Shown here: one piece after another, positions 1 to 13,399 of the stretch
Layout: every line of letters begins with the position of its first letter
Position numbering within the stretch: position 1 is the first letter of the stretch
Assembly: GCA_965655095.1 (NCBI GenBank)
Contig: OZ296652.1
Span: 106,020,001-106,084,000 of the forward strand
From: Haplodiscus bocki
Lineage: Eukaryota
Direction of reading: 5' to 3'
DNA: 64,000 bases
Notes under the pieces: model-generated
What the model was told of the DNA's origin: nothing
Database searches by the model: none
The model's input: only the letters and a program-made list of their open reading frames with translations
Translations under genes and position numbers: made by a program

Positions 1-519
1 CGAGCAACTTTTTGAACGCTTTTGAACAATGTGGGACCTGCCTTTTGCGTTTTGCTTGTTGAACTTCTCAAGTCACCTTCCGTCAAATTCTTTTGGCTTC
101 AATGTTAATAGGATGTTTTTTCAAACTGACCATCAAATTCGCTAATCACACGAAGCTCTCAACAACATCCCTAAAGAAACAGCAAAAATTTTGCGCCCTC
201 CCTGCGAAGTAGAACTGACAAGACACCAACCCAATGCCCGTGTGGGTCTTGTTGCCTTCGCTGCCTAGGCATTTTCTGAGTATCTGTTGCCTTTAGGAGG
301 TTCTGACTCCTGCAGCCTCTGCGAGTTTTTGCAGGTTGTCATGATCAAGCGCGAGCTAAATTGGCAAAAACCCGCATTTTTGAGACTACCAAGGCGATCT
401 AACGTAGTTTGTAACAGAACAATCCAAAATAAATTTCATCGCAAAAATGAATTGGCCACCCTGAGTTCAATTGATGTCGAGATGGCATCGAATGAAAATG
501 GAAACTAGGCAATTATCCA

Positions 520-2250
520 AAAACAATTTATTATACTTGAACAAAAATTTCAAACTCTCCGGGATTGTAATCAAATCTTGTTCTCGTTTCAACAACTAAA
601 CTTTAACTTTGACATTTTGGCTTCACTCCTCGCAACGATTCAAGCTGGTATAAAGTGTTCTCGGTCAGCATTGTTCGCCTTCCTCGTAAAAATTCTCAGT
701 TCTATCTCTGCTCTTTTGCGAAGTCATTTGCCTATGTCGCTACTTCCTGTAGCGTCGCTCTTAGTAGTTTTGGAAAATATAGCATTAAAACAGAGTGAGG
801 GCGAAGATCGCTTTTCTCTGTTCTTCGGAAGACCATTCGTTTAACATAGTAGGATTTGCGTTTGCTCTACGATGCTATAAGGGTACCATAAGGACCCTTG
901 TTGACCCTTAACTTCTCGTTGGTTTTTCAGCAATCGGTTTCTACGTCTCTTCAGGCTAATTTGATACCTATGCTTCATCCACATGATCTTGGTTCGGTTC
1001 GTAATTGGAACATTGGAGCTCCATGTCAGCTAACTCTGAAGATCCAATGGAATCCTATGTGGTATCGTCTTAGGAGATTGAATACCTTCTCGGTTCGTTC
1101 GAAATCCCAATTTTGTTCTAAAGTTTTTCCGACAGAATTAAGACACTCTTCATGCGTCGCTATCTTGTTTTTTAACACTTGTGTTTATGCTTTTGCAGCT
1201 TGTGATACTTCACTTTTTTCTTTACCAGCTAATGAACGAGCCGCAAGACTAGGTTTTGGAAATTGACCTATAACATCAACTTTTGACGACTTCAATCTTC
1301 GTGATCTTCAAGCAACATCTTCTTCATCAAAAACGTATTCTTTTGTTGGCTTTCCCAATTGCACCATCACACTTGAAAATGGTATAAAAACCAAGATAAA
1401 GGACATAAAAGATCAACCTTATCTTGTCAGCTACTTTCAGGTTACAATAATGAAAATGCGCGTATCGCTGCCTCATCCGTTGGCATCACTTTTCATGCAA
1501 GTCCACCACTTAGACTAGTTCTTTGTGTACGAATCAGAAGCAGAAGCATGAGTGAAGCTTTTAAAAGCAGTCCGAAAAAAACTGTTACACAGTCCGAGAG
1601 TCCGTGAAGTCAAACCACTTGTAAATAAAGCACGTCTTTTGGCGAGTGATATGAAATTTTGGAACCCTCGCTCACTCACGAGTTCAACTAAAATGTCCCC
1701 ATCAAAGTTTATTTCTTCCTCACTGTTACTTTTTTGTGGTTTCAATAGTATCAAATCTGATTTTCATGTTTGTTTCTCATCTATACCAATTTGCAGATCA
1801 ACTGTTTCCAAAAGTAGCTGAAGCTGATAATGGGAAAATAGTGGTTGAGCCAAAGGTTCATATTCCCGAGGAACACCTCGCAGTACTACCAGCTCTTCAA
1901 TCAAACAAATTGGACACCGCCTTCACGTTAATCAACCTAATGATTCTCCTGTCCTAAAGGAACTTGCCGTGTCTCTGGCTCAAGTAGTCATAATAGCAAG
2001 TTGTTTTGCTGGATTGACTACCGCAGAAACCGACGCCCTCAAAAGTGCAAACAACAGTTTCAGGTCATCAATTTGTCAGATCCACTCAAATCAATCTTAA
2101 AATTGAAAACGCATCCACAAGCACTTGATTGACTTCACGTCTCCTTTGTTTAACCATGCATTGCCAAAACTGACTTCAACTTAATCTTTTTTCTGAATGA
2201 GCTGAAAGTATAAAGGTAACAAACTTTTAGCTATAATACAAAACAAGAAG
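520..2250 (-). pseudogene. Polinton/Maverick-like major capsid protein remnant (heavily decayed, apparently interrupted ~900-1350)
   Basis: Minus-strand segments LINVKAVSNLFD...FGNS*SANW, ALFTSGLT...SASDSYTKN (ORF 1515-1754) and NGLP...LCFNAI...KLKFSC resemble successive blocks of Polinton double jelly-roll capsids in the expected order. Many stops; recognised by eye only. Confidence 0.4.
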
Positions 2251-2499
2251 AAAGCAACAACTTGGGACTGACACAAACAGCGACATCACAACATTATCAA
2301 GTGACAAATTTGGGCAATGGGCAATGGGATGCTTGTTCTGGCTATCTCTACTTTATTCAACTTATATTTCTTTATGGATTCTTCGTACTTATCTGGGAGC
2401 TTTTTGGTTTCATGCTGTCTTTCTGACCTACTCAACTCAGGCGTTTTAGTCATTTGAACAGCTGCACTGGTTTCCTCCAAGCACGGTTACTACAGGCCG

Positions 2500-3070
2500 G
2501 AAGAGTGTGAAAATGACTAAGTGTTATGTACTGAAACAGAATGCTTCAGTTGAGGACAGTTGAGCTTGAGTTTCAAAACCAGAATTCCTTGACAATTAAA
2601 AAAAATTACAATGAACTTCAAACAATTCAAGGAATTTTCTCATCATGTTTATTTAATGGACAGAATTACCGAACGTAGAATACCAGAAGAGTAATAGTTT
2701 TTGATAATTGAAAGTTTTGGTCAAAACTAACCAAAAGTATTGTGAGGCAAGGAAGAGAAGCTCTTGTTAGCTCTACCAAAATCAGTGTTCTCACGCCATA
2801 AAATAAAAACAATCACGAACTGAAGGACAAGTTTTCAAATGCATTGTCGAGTGAGACCCTGATGTGAGAAGTTCAGCAGTGCATTTTGGAAAGAATCGAT
2901 TAACAAAACAAACCACACTAATATGCAATTTTCGGCCATTTCCACCATCAAGTTTAATTTTAAGAGGACCAAGAGCAAAAATTAACATTGTTTTTGCTAG
3001 TTTGTTTTTGCTAGAATTAAAAATATTGACGGAAACTAAATTAACTGAAATGCAGCTATTGGTTTCCGCG
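2500..3070 (-). pseudogene. Polinton-like minor capsid (penton) remnant
   Basis: ORF 2791-3165 contains ISVNLVSVNIFNSSKNKLA...IKLDG, resembling the penton N-terminal pattern (F.I.L.SN.S..IFP.N.L..F...L...I.L.G.W). Confidence 0.4.
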
Positions 3071-3074
3071 AAAG

Positions 3075-3750
3075 GTAGGTTTGTTCGGGAGAGAAAATTA
3101 GACTTTTTCCACATTTTCAAAATCGGTCCGTCAAGTTCGCGGTGCAAAGACGTTTTCTCGGACAACTATTTCTGAAGGTTGTTCCGAAGATGGAGTTTTT
3201 TGATTGCGGCTTTGACATGTGCAATCGAGACGGTTATTTTCAAGGGAATCGAGACTGTTTATCAAGACGGATCTTACAGTTCTGCTTTTTTGGCAGTTTC
3301 AAGGTATCAGGTTTTCGTTCCCAGGAAGGATGTGCAATATTGGAAAGTCGAGTAGCATTTTACAATGAAAAAACTCAACTGCGACGTCGATTGAAGGAAG
3401 GTAGCCGGGAGTTCTGGAGACTTTTGTGTTAGAACTCGTGAAAAACCCATACTATGCGCAAGTTTTGGCCAACTCGTTCTCGTTGGTTCCAATCGAAAAA
3501 CCGGCGCTGACGTTTTTTTTGCTGAAGAACGTTTTGACAGTAGAAAACCCTCAATTAGTGCACTGACGGAAGTATTATAGCAAGGTAACTTGACGGAAAA
3601 ATAGTCTGACTGTCGAAGTTCGTCGTGCGTGAACTCACTTTCTGCTGATTTTGGTCACAGGAGCGAGCTTCTATTGGAATGGTCAAATTGCAAAATGCTT
3701 TTTTTAACACTTTTTTCAAAATCACAAGTGTCAGTAGTCAAGAGAGACGT
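3075..3750 (-). pseudogene. Polinton-like retroviral-type integrase remnant
   Basis: Minus-strand VFRLEPTRTSWPK...GFSRVLTQKSPE resembles the SR.LRV.P.K.K...F..M....PEK block of Polinton integrases; lies next to the penton and capsid remnants. Confidence 0.35.
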
Positions 3751-4429
3751 TGATTGAAGACAATGGGCAGGCAAATTGGAAAAAATTTCCTTCGACTTCG
3801 AATTGAAAAACTTACCTTTCTAAAACTTTTTTGAACAGAAGTAATCTTTAATTCAGATGCCAAGATTTTAAATTCATTTATCTCGATAAAAAGGACCTAC
3901 TACGGTTTGAAAGTTGTAGATCATGACCTTCATGGAAGAAATCTACTGAATCGCTTTGGAGAAAACTGATTTGATTTTTAAAAATCAAAATTTTTCAAAG
4001 CCTGGTGTGCATCCAAGGACTATAGAACGTACACACTGACGTAGTCCTGGAAAAATTTCACCCGATAGTCCTTTTTGGTGTTTGAGGTCAGAATACGAAA
4101 CTATTTTTCAGGTACTCGAGGAATTTCTTCACGTAAGAGTTCAAGTTCTCAAAACGGAATTTGTTCACAAACAACGGTATAGTTTTCGGAAAAATGAATA
4201 GTGTCAAGAGGCCCAAATTCATTCCCGATATTTCTGATCCAATTGACAAGTTGATTTGAACATTTCTTTTGGAAACAAGGGGTTTTTCCGAAAAACCGCA
4301 AAGCCCGAAAGTATATCAAAGACACCTCTTATCAGACAAGAAGGTTCACAAAGTGTACAAAAGCTTCGGGTGACAAAAACAGGTTGCAAAAGAAGTGATG
4401 CGTTCTAAGATGAAGCTGCGTATATATGG

Positions 4430-4899
4430 TGACAACACATATATGTATTACAAAAGAGGCAATTGTAAATGGAACACGCAGTTCGGGTGACCTTGGCAAG
4501 TACTGGATAGAGAAAATACTGCACTACTGAATAGAAGAAAAAATTAAAGAACTTCCATTCGGAAAATTTGTGGACGGAAACTAAATTAGGCTGAGAACAG
4601 GCTAAAGTAGAAACCGATCAACTGTCTGGTGAGAAAACATTGTAAACCCTACGTTTATTACATATATGTGTTCTAATGACAACACATATATGTAATAAAC
4701 AAGAGGTAATTGTGTATGGAACACGCAGTTCGGGTGACCTTGGCAAATACTGGATAGAGAAAATACTGAACTACTGAATAGAAGAAAAATTGAAAAAACA
4801 TCCATTCGAAAAATTTGTGGACGGAAACTAAATTGGGCCGAGAACAGGCTAAAGTAGAAGCCGATCAACCGTCTGCTGAGGAAACATTGGTAAACCCTA
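4430..4899. repeat. Tandem duplication of a ~247 bp unit with ~20 bp terminal inverted repeats (second copy truncated)
   Basis: tgacaacacatatatgta...ggaacacgcagttcgggtgaccttggcaa...gtaaaccct starts at 4430 and again at 4677; the first unit ends in gtttattacatatatgtgtt, the reverse complement of the sequence near the unit start. Confidence 0.9.
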
Positions 4900-7388
4900 G
4901 AAGGGCATTACCAAAAAAACGTCGAAAACTTTTTGTATCACAGTATCAAAGAATTACCAAGGGGTAATGGGGCCCACTTTGTGTTTCTGGAAAACACTGA
5001 ACCTTTCTAGCACTGCCCAAACCTCGGGTTCGATGAATTTGGTGAACCAAGGATGGAGGTTCGCAAAAAGATGTCAGAGAACATTTGTATCCCTAGAAAG
5101 ACTCTTGTTGGCGTCCTTTTGATGTTTGTGAAAGCCCCTGCTTTCGAAGCACTACACGTAACTGATTGTCACAGTTTTAATTCGTAGTTTTTTTGGCCCA
5201 CAGTACCGGAAAGTTTTGTAGTGGAACCTTCTTCTGTTTCTGAATACTTCTGGTATCGAGAAGTGTAATTCAAGAAAAGGGTTATAACAAAAATTCGTCG
5301 ACATTTCATTGTCTCACAGTACTGAAACCTTTCATGAAAGAGACTTTTAGTGCTCGCGAGTATTTGCTTGTTCTTGGCATATACTGCACTTCCAGCATGT
5401 CACGTAAAATTTTGCGAAAGTTTTTTAGGAAAAAAGTAGAAACTGGTAGTTATCTTGATAAGAAGAACAATGGAAGGAGAACTAAGTACTTCTCCAGAAT
5501 GAGCTGAAATGTCGAAAGTTTACATCTGTTGTATTTTTGCTGTTCCAGCCTGCTTCTTTTTTGGATAAAGTGTATTTATTATCTGAAGTGCCGGTCTTGC
5601 TTTAAAAACCCTCACTTTGCTTATAAATTGACAATTTTCTCCAATTAAAAAATCTATTTTTCCCAAGAAAAGCAGGAACGGTCCACCGAGGGTACTGAAG
5701 AACTTTGATAAATCCACAGAGGGTACACAATGGTCCGTCGACCCCGACACACAAACGTTTGAAGATAGTTTGTACCAAAGGCGCAAAAAGTAAATTTTTG
5801 TACCGAGAAAGCTTTTCTTGAGGCTTTACGTCAGAGTGTGTTTATGCCTACGACTCTTCAACCTGAATTTTTCTCTCTAGGTTCTAGTCTTTTTCAGACC
5901 TTATTCCGTGTTGTATCCTATTATATTAGGAGCGTCTTCATTTTTTTCAAGTTCTTTCTGTTTTAGACTTGTTTGATACCTATGCCTAATTGGTTTTTTT
6001 ATAGGCTGTAACTGTTACGCGGACAGAGACTATCATCTTGCAGTATTTGATTTTCTGTGATCATTCGAAAAAATCCTGTTGAATTGTTATCTACTAATTC
6101 TGCTCATTGAAAACTATGAAATCGAAACTTTCAACCTCAGGTCAACCAAACTTGGTTGCTTCTGTTATTTACTAGCTGTTGCCGAGTACCAAGGGCTCCA
6201 AAAAAAGAATCTCGAGTCAAAAATTGACTGACATCTTTATTGCGACGGGTGGGTAATGAAGAATGGAGAATGTCGACTATGTTTTCTGCCAGACGCTGGA
6301 GTAGCGATAGCACAAGGATGTTGGGAAAAACGGAGATTTCCCAAAAACTATAAAGCTCTGAAAACAGTTCGGGCCGTTTTTGAGGGAGCTGCCTATTAGG
6401 GTTCTGTCTACTTGGGTCTGCTGCCTCAACACGATCAATATGGTCTTGTTTAGTAGTAAAAAAAACTGATAGTTGTGATTACACAACAAATGTAAATGTT
6501 ATTTGTGCCAGCTCACTCAGAGGAGCACTTGACAATCTTAACAACGATGACAGACAGCCATCGGTTTTGGAATTTCAACACTTAGTGTTAACTTTGTAAT
6601 TACAACCAGTTTTAGCCTATCCTATCCTTTCGAAGCCTGTGTTTCGAAGGAGAAATCTGTTTTCGTCGTCTGGCACGAAGCCATCAACAACTCAATTGGG
6701 TTTCATCACTCAACACACTTAAACTACATCACTACCAAAAATCTTGTTACCCTTTTTTTGTAGTCCAAACTCCGAGTTGCAGCTCTGGTACAATTTCAGA
6801 AAGACAACGCACCCTATGTTTTTGAAGACCTACGAGTCTTTGATTTTGCTTGGATCCTTGTAACAAAAATTATACTCTCGAGGCGTTAACAGGAAAACAA
6901 TTCCTTGCCTTTCAATTACAATGAAACTGCATCAGCCCCGATGTTTGGAGATCAAATCTTTGTTCATAGCATTAAATCATCAACACAACCTGAAAGTTTT
7001 CCCTCAAAACACCTGAAGGAAGTAAAAAAACTCCTCCGAGCTGAAAAAAGAAAAACAAAAACTCTCACAAAAGGATCTCTTTGGAGAATTTTGAAGTCAA
7101 TTCTCCTTTTTTTCTCCTGTAAGTAAGCGTTTTCGGGGTGGTCACTGGACGATTAGCTCATCAGTAGCCAAGCTGAAAAAAAGTGTTGACTTTTTCAAAA
7201 AAGTAAAGTAACAGACAGGTTTTTTCCCCAAGTTTACTTCAATTTGGTTTGGTCGTTTGATTTTTGTCTCACCGGTGGCCTAAAGAAGGCTGTATGAAGT
7301 TTTTTTCACTACCGCATCTCGTTTCCATAGCTTACATAAGGGCGGAAGAATACTCTTCTGGAGCCACAGAGCCCTTCAGTTATCAAAA

Positions 7389-10300
7389 ATGAATCACCGT
7401 GGTCCGTGGTGGCTCTAGATGTCATTTCCTAAAGTTAGAGAAAAAAGCTGATGCTTTTTTTTCAAAAAAAATTTAACAGAAACAAGATAACTTGAGGGAG
7501 AAGCTTTGCTCAAAGCTCTCCAAGAGAGAGTAATCATGATCCAAAAACTTGACGCCGAAATTGAACTCTCAATTGAAAACCAAAATGACCTCACCACAGA
7601 ATTTCATGAATCCACAGACTTTCACACCGCAGTGGATAGCACCATGGCTGAAGTATCAGCATTAATTGACAATTACAAGCAATCGCCTGACGGTCGTTGC
7701 AGCCCTTCTCATCACTGTCAGCAAATTTGAACACTTCACATAGCAAATTTAGATTACCGAAAGAACAACTTCCATCCTTCACCAGTTCCTACAAGGATAA
7801 GATGAGTTTTGTGGACTGTTCAAGGCAGCCGTTGACAGCAACGTTGAACTGACAATTTCTGAGAAACTAAACTATATGAAAGCATGCGTTAAAAGGGACG
7901 CCGCTCGCTTGGCTAGTTCGATTAGCATCTGTGATCGAAACTATTCCATTGCCATAGACTTGCTGACTGACTGCAACGAGAATAAGCGTAGTATTGTGCG
8001 AGCTCATTTGCAGAAAATTCAGACACAGCTTCATTGAAAACAGAACCCGGCAGTGGTCTGCGTAAACATCTTGAGACAACTAACGAGTGCTTATAGTCTT
8101 TAGCGGAAAGTGATAAGTTTGTCCACAAGTGGGACTCTATTTCATTTTTTCTTCTCTCAGAAAAGTTTGATTAGCAGTCCCGCAAACAATGACAAGTAGA
8201 CAATCCGGAGACAGATTATTTGTCTTGAGAAAAACTTCGCAATTTTTTAGATATTCTTGTTCGTGCCATGGAATCCGGCAATGCTAAACCAATCGATCCA
8301 TCCGCTAGGAGGACTAATGCTCAGCTCTCAGACAAACCCATCCAACCAATTTCCGCTTCCACATCATCATGTGAACTCTGTCAAATACCTCAGAACCTTT
8401 ATGTAAGTCCACAGTTCAAGCAACAGCCATTAGCAGAACGACAAAAATTATCCAAAAAGAAAAATTTTTGTTTCAATTGCTTCAAAACAGGGCAATTGTC
8501 CAACGCGTGCAGAACAATCTTCACCTGCAAAATATATCAGTTGCGACATTGCGAAGTCGTACACCGTTATAACAAAAGTCCACATGTATCAACTGGTGGT
8601 AACAAAAACGGAAACTCTTCGTCAAAAAACACTTCGCGCTTAGAATCAACTACGTAGGAGTCTACTCGCAAAATCACAACAGGACCTTTCAGTACACAAG
8701 GCACTGTCAACAGTGTTCAGTTGTCAACTGCCTAATTATCCAATCGTAACGCTAGCGCGACGACTGCTTGTCGTAAAATTGTCACTAGTCGTATGAAACA
8801 TGGTAACAATTTGGATCCCTCTAGTCCACGCTTCAACACAATTAGAAAATTTGACATCCGCCGCGGCGCCGACATTTTGGACGGTATCTTTTTTGAACAA
8901 CATGTTCAAAGACAATGGTTTGCTTCCGATGGAATCATATTTCGGTTGGTTGCATCGGGTGCTGCAGTCGAAAACGCCAACGTTTTCCATACAAATTTGC
9001 AACAAGCCTGACTTCAAATGATGCTGAAAACATACTATGCAGGTACTCCACAGCGTAAAGATAACAGATGAACAAAAAATGTGCGAACAACATTTTACAC
9101 CAAGAACAAAAACAAACTTAGAAGGTTATTTAAAAGGTAAACTAATTTTTAAAGGAAGGCCTACTTCTCTCGGTCAAGGCAGAAAAAAGGCAATGAGAAT
9201 GTTTATGAGGCATGAAAAACACTTCACAAGAACGCGGAAATAATTGAAAATTACCGGGCTTTCCTTCAAGAAGTTCTATCATTAGGTCACTCGAAGAAAG
9301 TTTTTCCCGGTGAACAAGACGCTTTTCTTGGCAGATAATTTCTACTTGGCACATCATTTTGTTGCTAATGAAAACAGCACGACAACAATGTGCGTTTTGT
9401 CTAATGCCAGTGCAAAGCCAATATCTCTGGTCTCTTTCTGAATGGCTGACTCAGTGTGGGTGCAAAAAAAAACAAAATGATAATGTTGACAACTTCATTT
9501 GCATCAAGTGTTTCAGAGTTGCAATGTTCAAAGACGTTTCAAACATGTACAGACAAGTAGCGTTGGCATAAGAAGATAAATATTTTGACTTACGCTTGTG
9601 AAGAATCCATGACACACAACCTGCCGATATTTACCGTATGCCGAATAATACTTCGGTAAAACTATTTCATGTCGCTTTTCGATTCGATCTCTGACTAACT
9701 GTGCAGGAGTCCGCAATGTTCCGCTGCTGGTACAACAAGCAATTCGACGCTTTTTCTAAAACGATGACAACTTCACAGGTGCAAACTATGTCTCTGAAGC
9801 TAAAATGTTGCAAACAGGTCTCAATGACATCTTAAAACAATCCGAGTTTGATTTCCGCAAGTGGAAGTCAAACACATCTTCAATCTATCTTGATCTTCTG
9901 GAATTGTATCGCAAAGCTAATAACTTTTTTGCTTTTCTTAGTATTGATCACACCATAATTTTCTAGGGAGAATTTGGAATCCTTCATCTCACACATTTTT
10001 TCCTCAAAACTTCGCACACTGATGACCCACTTTTCCCAGGTAAACACAAAACAAACAGACAAATGCTCAGTGATATATCGAAGAGCTTCAACCGCTGGTG
10101 GGGCTATCATCCGTCACGATTGTCGTGAAACAGTTAATGCAAGAGTGCTGGAAAACCAACATTGATTGACATGACAAAATATCACATGATTCATTTTTAG
10201 TATAACTTAGCTGGCAGTCTTATCTAGTGAGCCCTAAAAAAACATATTTGAACAGATTTTTTTTAACCACTGGTTCTTCTTACAAAATACAGTCACTTGT

Positions 10301-12400
10301 TTACAGGTAAACTTCTGGAAAGGTGTGTGCAGCTGGTGTGTAAATTGTTGAGATAGATTTTGACGGCAGGCGGCATTCTCCATTGCTTCCAGAAAAATCG
10401 AAAGTTGTTTCATTGAAAATGATGAAGATACCAAAATTAGAATTCTGCGACGCTTCACTTGGCTTTCGATGAGAGAAATTACTTTCGGAATCTCTGCAAC
10501 AAAGAAGCAAGCACCACAATTGATTCCATCCAAGGGTAGACTGATTCAACAATTGACTTTTTTGATTACCATGAGAACCAAGAGACTGGTCGATGGTTGT
10601 TTCTAATGGAAGATCAGAATAACAGAGTGAGCCGGGATTCAGCTGTCAACACGTTTTTGGGAAGAGAATCCCGCTGATCCTGCTTCAGTTATCTCGGAGC
10701 CGCAATTATTGAAATTCATTGACATTTCGTGAGACGAACCAAAAAGGCTAGTCAGTGGAAATCTTCCAGATCCACATCCGACAAGTGATATTGAAGAGGA
10801 AACATAATGAAGACAAACGTTTTTAATTAACACAATCATACACAATACCTGAACGAGACGTAATTGATCTCACAAAGTACAACTTTCTTCAAAAAATTTC
10901 CGCATAATTGGTCACATGGAAAGGCTTATCTCACGACTTAGAAAACAAAACAGAAAGTTTCCAATTTAAAATTGGGCCCCTGAAATGTTGGATTCTGCTA
11001 TGACACTTCTACAACAGGAGAACTGGCAGTTTTTGCAGAGGAAATTGAAACACTCCAAATATCGCTACAAGTCAATTTCATGAGTAAAATACTCAACCTG
11101 TACCATTTTTCTTATAACATCGTTCTTTGTGTTGGCGGATAGTTGGCGCATGTAAATCTTCCCGTTGAAACAAACCAAAAGCGATTTATACCAAAAGACA
11201 AAGAGCTAGCATAAACATTGGTTTTCAGTGCACAAATTCCAACAAAACACGGTTGAAACCATCAAACTGTAGCATTCATTAGAACTAGTTTTTGGATTCC
11301 AAGTTGTCGGGACTGATTGAGAAAAACAGTTTTAGAAGGTTTGAAGTGCAATAGATTAAAAGTGAAAAAAATTTTCCCTCGAGTGGGCAATGTGCCAAAA
11401 AAACGAGTCGGCCCTCCATCAAAAACATTTCAAAAAGCAAACTTAGACCTTGCAAGACCATTTTTCCTCAAAAATGCGCCAAAAATTGTTCGAAAACCCC
11501 ATATGGCACTCTCAGTCTGCTTTGCGAGCGAAGCAGTACACACTGAAGCAGTAAAAAACAGCACAGCGCCGGCTTGCATAGCTGATCTGCGGAGGTTCGC
11601 TTCTCGTTGAAGCTATCTTGCACAACCGAGTACAGACAATGCAAGCAATTTTTTTGCTGCAAACTAAATTTCCAGGAAAATAAAGGGTTCTCGACTCAAA
11701 TCATGCTGACAGTAAATTTATTAGCGCAGAAAAATAACTTCTAGCAGTACAAAAGGTACTCGAAGCAAATCATGCTGACTAACTACAAACCAACTCAGCT
11801 GGTCTCAGCATGATTTGAAATGTGATACCAACAAAAACACAATATATTGGTGGATCATGGGAATCTGGCATAAAGAGTGCCTAGCGTCACCTTGGAAGAA
11901 TAATGGGGAACGGAGTTTTGACTTGTAAGGAGTTAACACCTTTTTTTTGGCAGAATTTGTTAGTGGTCAATTCTCGTCCGAAATGTCAAATTTTAGAAGA
12001 CCCGAAGAAGTCGGAAATACTAACACCAGCACACTTCTGTCTGGGTGGTAAATTTGAATCTCGCCCTCTAATAGAAAGTGACGACAACAACACAAAAAAT
12101 ACATGTTCAATCAAAAAAACTTCCCAACTACACTTTTTAAATATCAATTTATCGAAAAGATGGTCAAGAGAGTATGTATTTGCTCTACCGGAACATACGA
12201 ATTGGAAACAAGAAACAATCTATATGAAAGTTGGAGATGTGCTTCATATGTCTGATGACAATGTCCCTGCACTAAAAAGGCCAAATTCTAAAATAATTTA
12301 CGCCTAGAGCGGTCACAATCAAATTGTGAAAGTAGTCAAGATAAAAACTGCTCTTGCGATATACAGTCTCCCGTACATGAATTGAGGAATTTGTTTGATC
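7389..12400 (+). mobile_element. Degenerate BEL/Pao LTR retrotransposon (gag-pol polyprotein pseudogene)
   Basis: DUF1759-like gag RLPKEQLPSF...KLNYMKACV (~7750-8010); triple Cys-His knuckle CELC..CFNC..CKIY..H (ORF 8268-8657); RT remnants DVSNMYRQV and NDDNFTGAN; integrase LDLARPF, EAVHTEAV, LRRFASR, DNASNF, VNSRP, LTPAHF; DUF5641-like KRWSREY...VGDV. Many stops and frameshifts; LTRs not recognisable. Confidence 0.9.
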
Positions 12401-13399
12401 TTAAAGATGCCGCTAAAATTGAAAATACTTTTGATTTAACATCTTGAGGGAAACACTTTGCATCCTATTTTTTTGATTTGTCTGTCAAATCGAAACTGGC
12501 GAAAAGTTCACAAAGAGCTGAGTTCTCAAAGGTTTTACTTCATTGTGAAGTTGTTATTCCAGCACGAATCTTAATGAATACCGTGTACTAACAGTTGTGA
12601 TCTACGTTTTTCTGGTACAAAATATTTTCGGTTTACGCTTGGATGAGGTACAAGCAGAAGTTCAGGCAGACCCTTTTGATCTGAGATAAGTCAAAAAGTG
12701 AGGTGTATTGTTATCGACGAGCCTGCAGATTTCAGCTGAAGACAACCGCTGGCCTCATTGTCTCTGATAAAAATTGAAAACATCTTAACAGTTCCAAAAA
12801 GGTTTTATGATTTTCAACTCAAACGTTCAGTCGATCCTTTTAAATTTTTCCCCAACATGAAGCATGACATCAAGATATAAAATAACTGCCTTTGACAAAA
12901 GAGATTACGTCAATTACCCAAAAATTGTAGAGAATGGAAAATTAAACAGTATCACTAAACAGAAGAATTCCTCGTTGCATATTTCAGAAAGAAAACAAAT
13001 TCCATCACCTTGCCCATCTGAAACCCAGAAAAGGTGTCACAAATCCTCCAGTTAACCTTATCAGGACTCAGGAGAACCATCTGGACACCAGTTGTTTCAG
13101 TAACTGGTATACGAGGACCACGGCAAAATGTTTGTGACTCCACAAACAGAGCTGCTTGATCTGATCAAATGTTCTTTTTTACCGGTTTTTTGCATATTAC
13201 CATCGCATTGTTAAAAATTTATAATTTTTTTGAGGATGAAAAACGTATTTTCCGTGAGATAAGCAGGAATGGGCCGCTGGAAGGTACTAAAGAACGCTCA
13301 TGAAGCTTAGGCGCTTACAGTACCTGCAAAAATCAGCGTTTATTGCACAAAATAAAGAAAAAAGACCGACGGTATATATATTTTTGAAAATAGTTGAAA

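Noticed and set aside
6480-6880. 5' LTR of the BEL/Pao element
   Set aside because: No matching repeat could be found downstream of the integrase.
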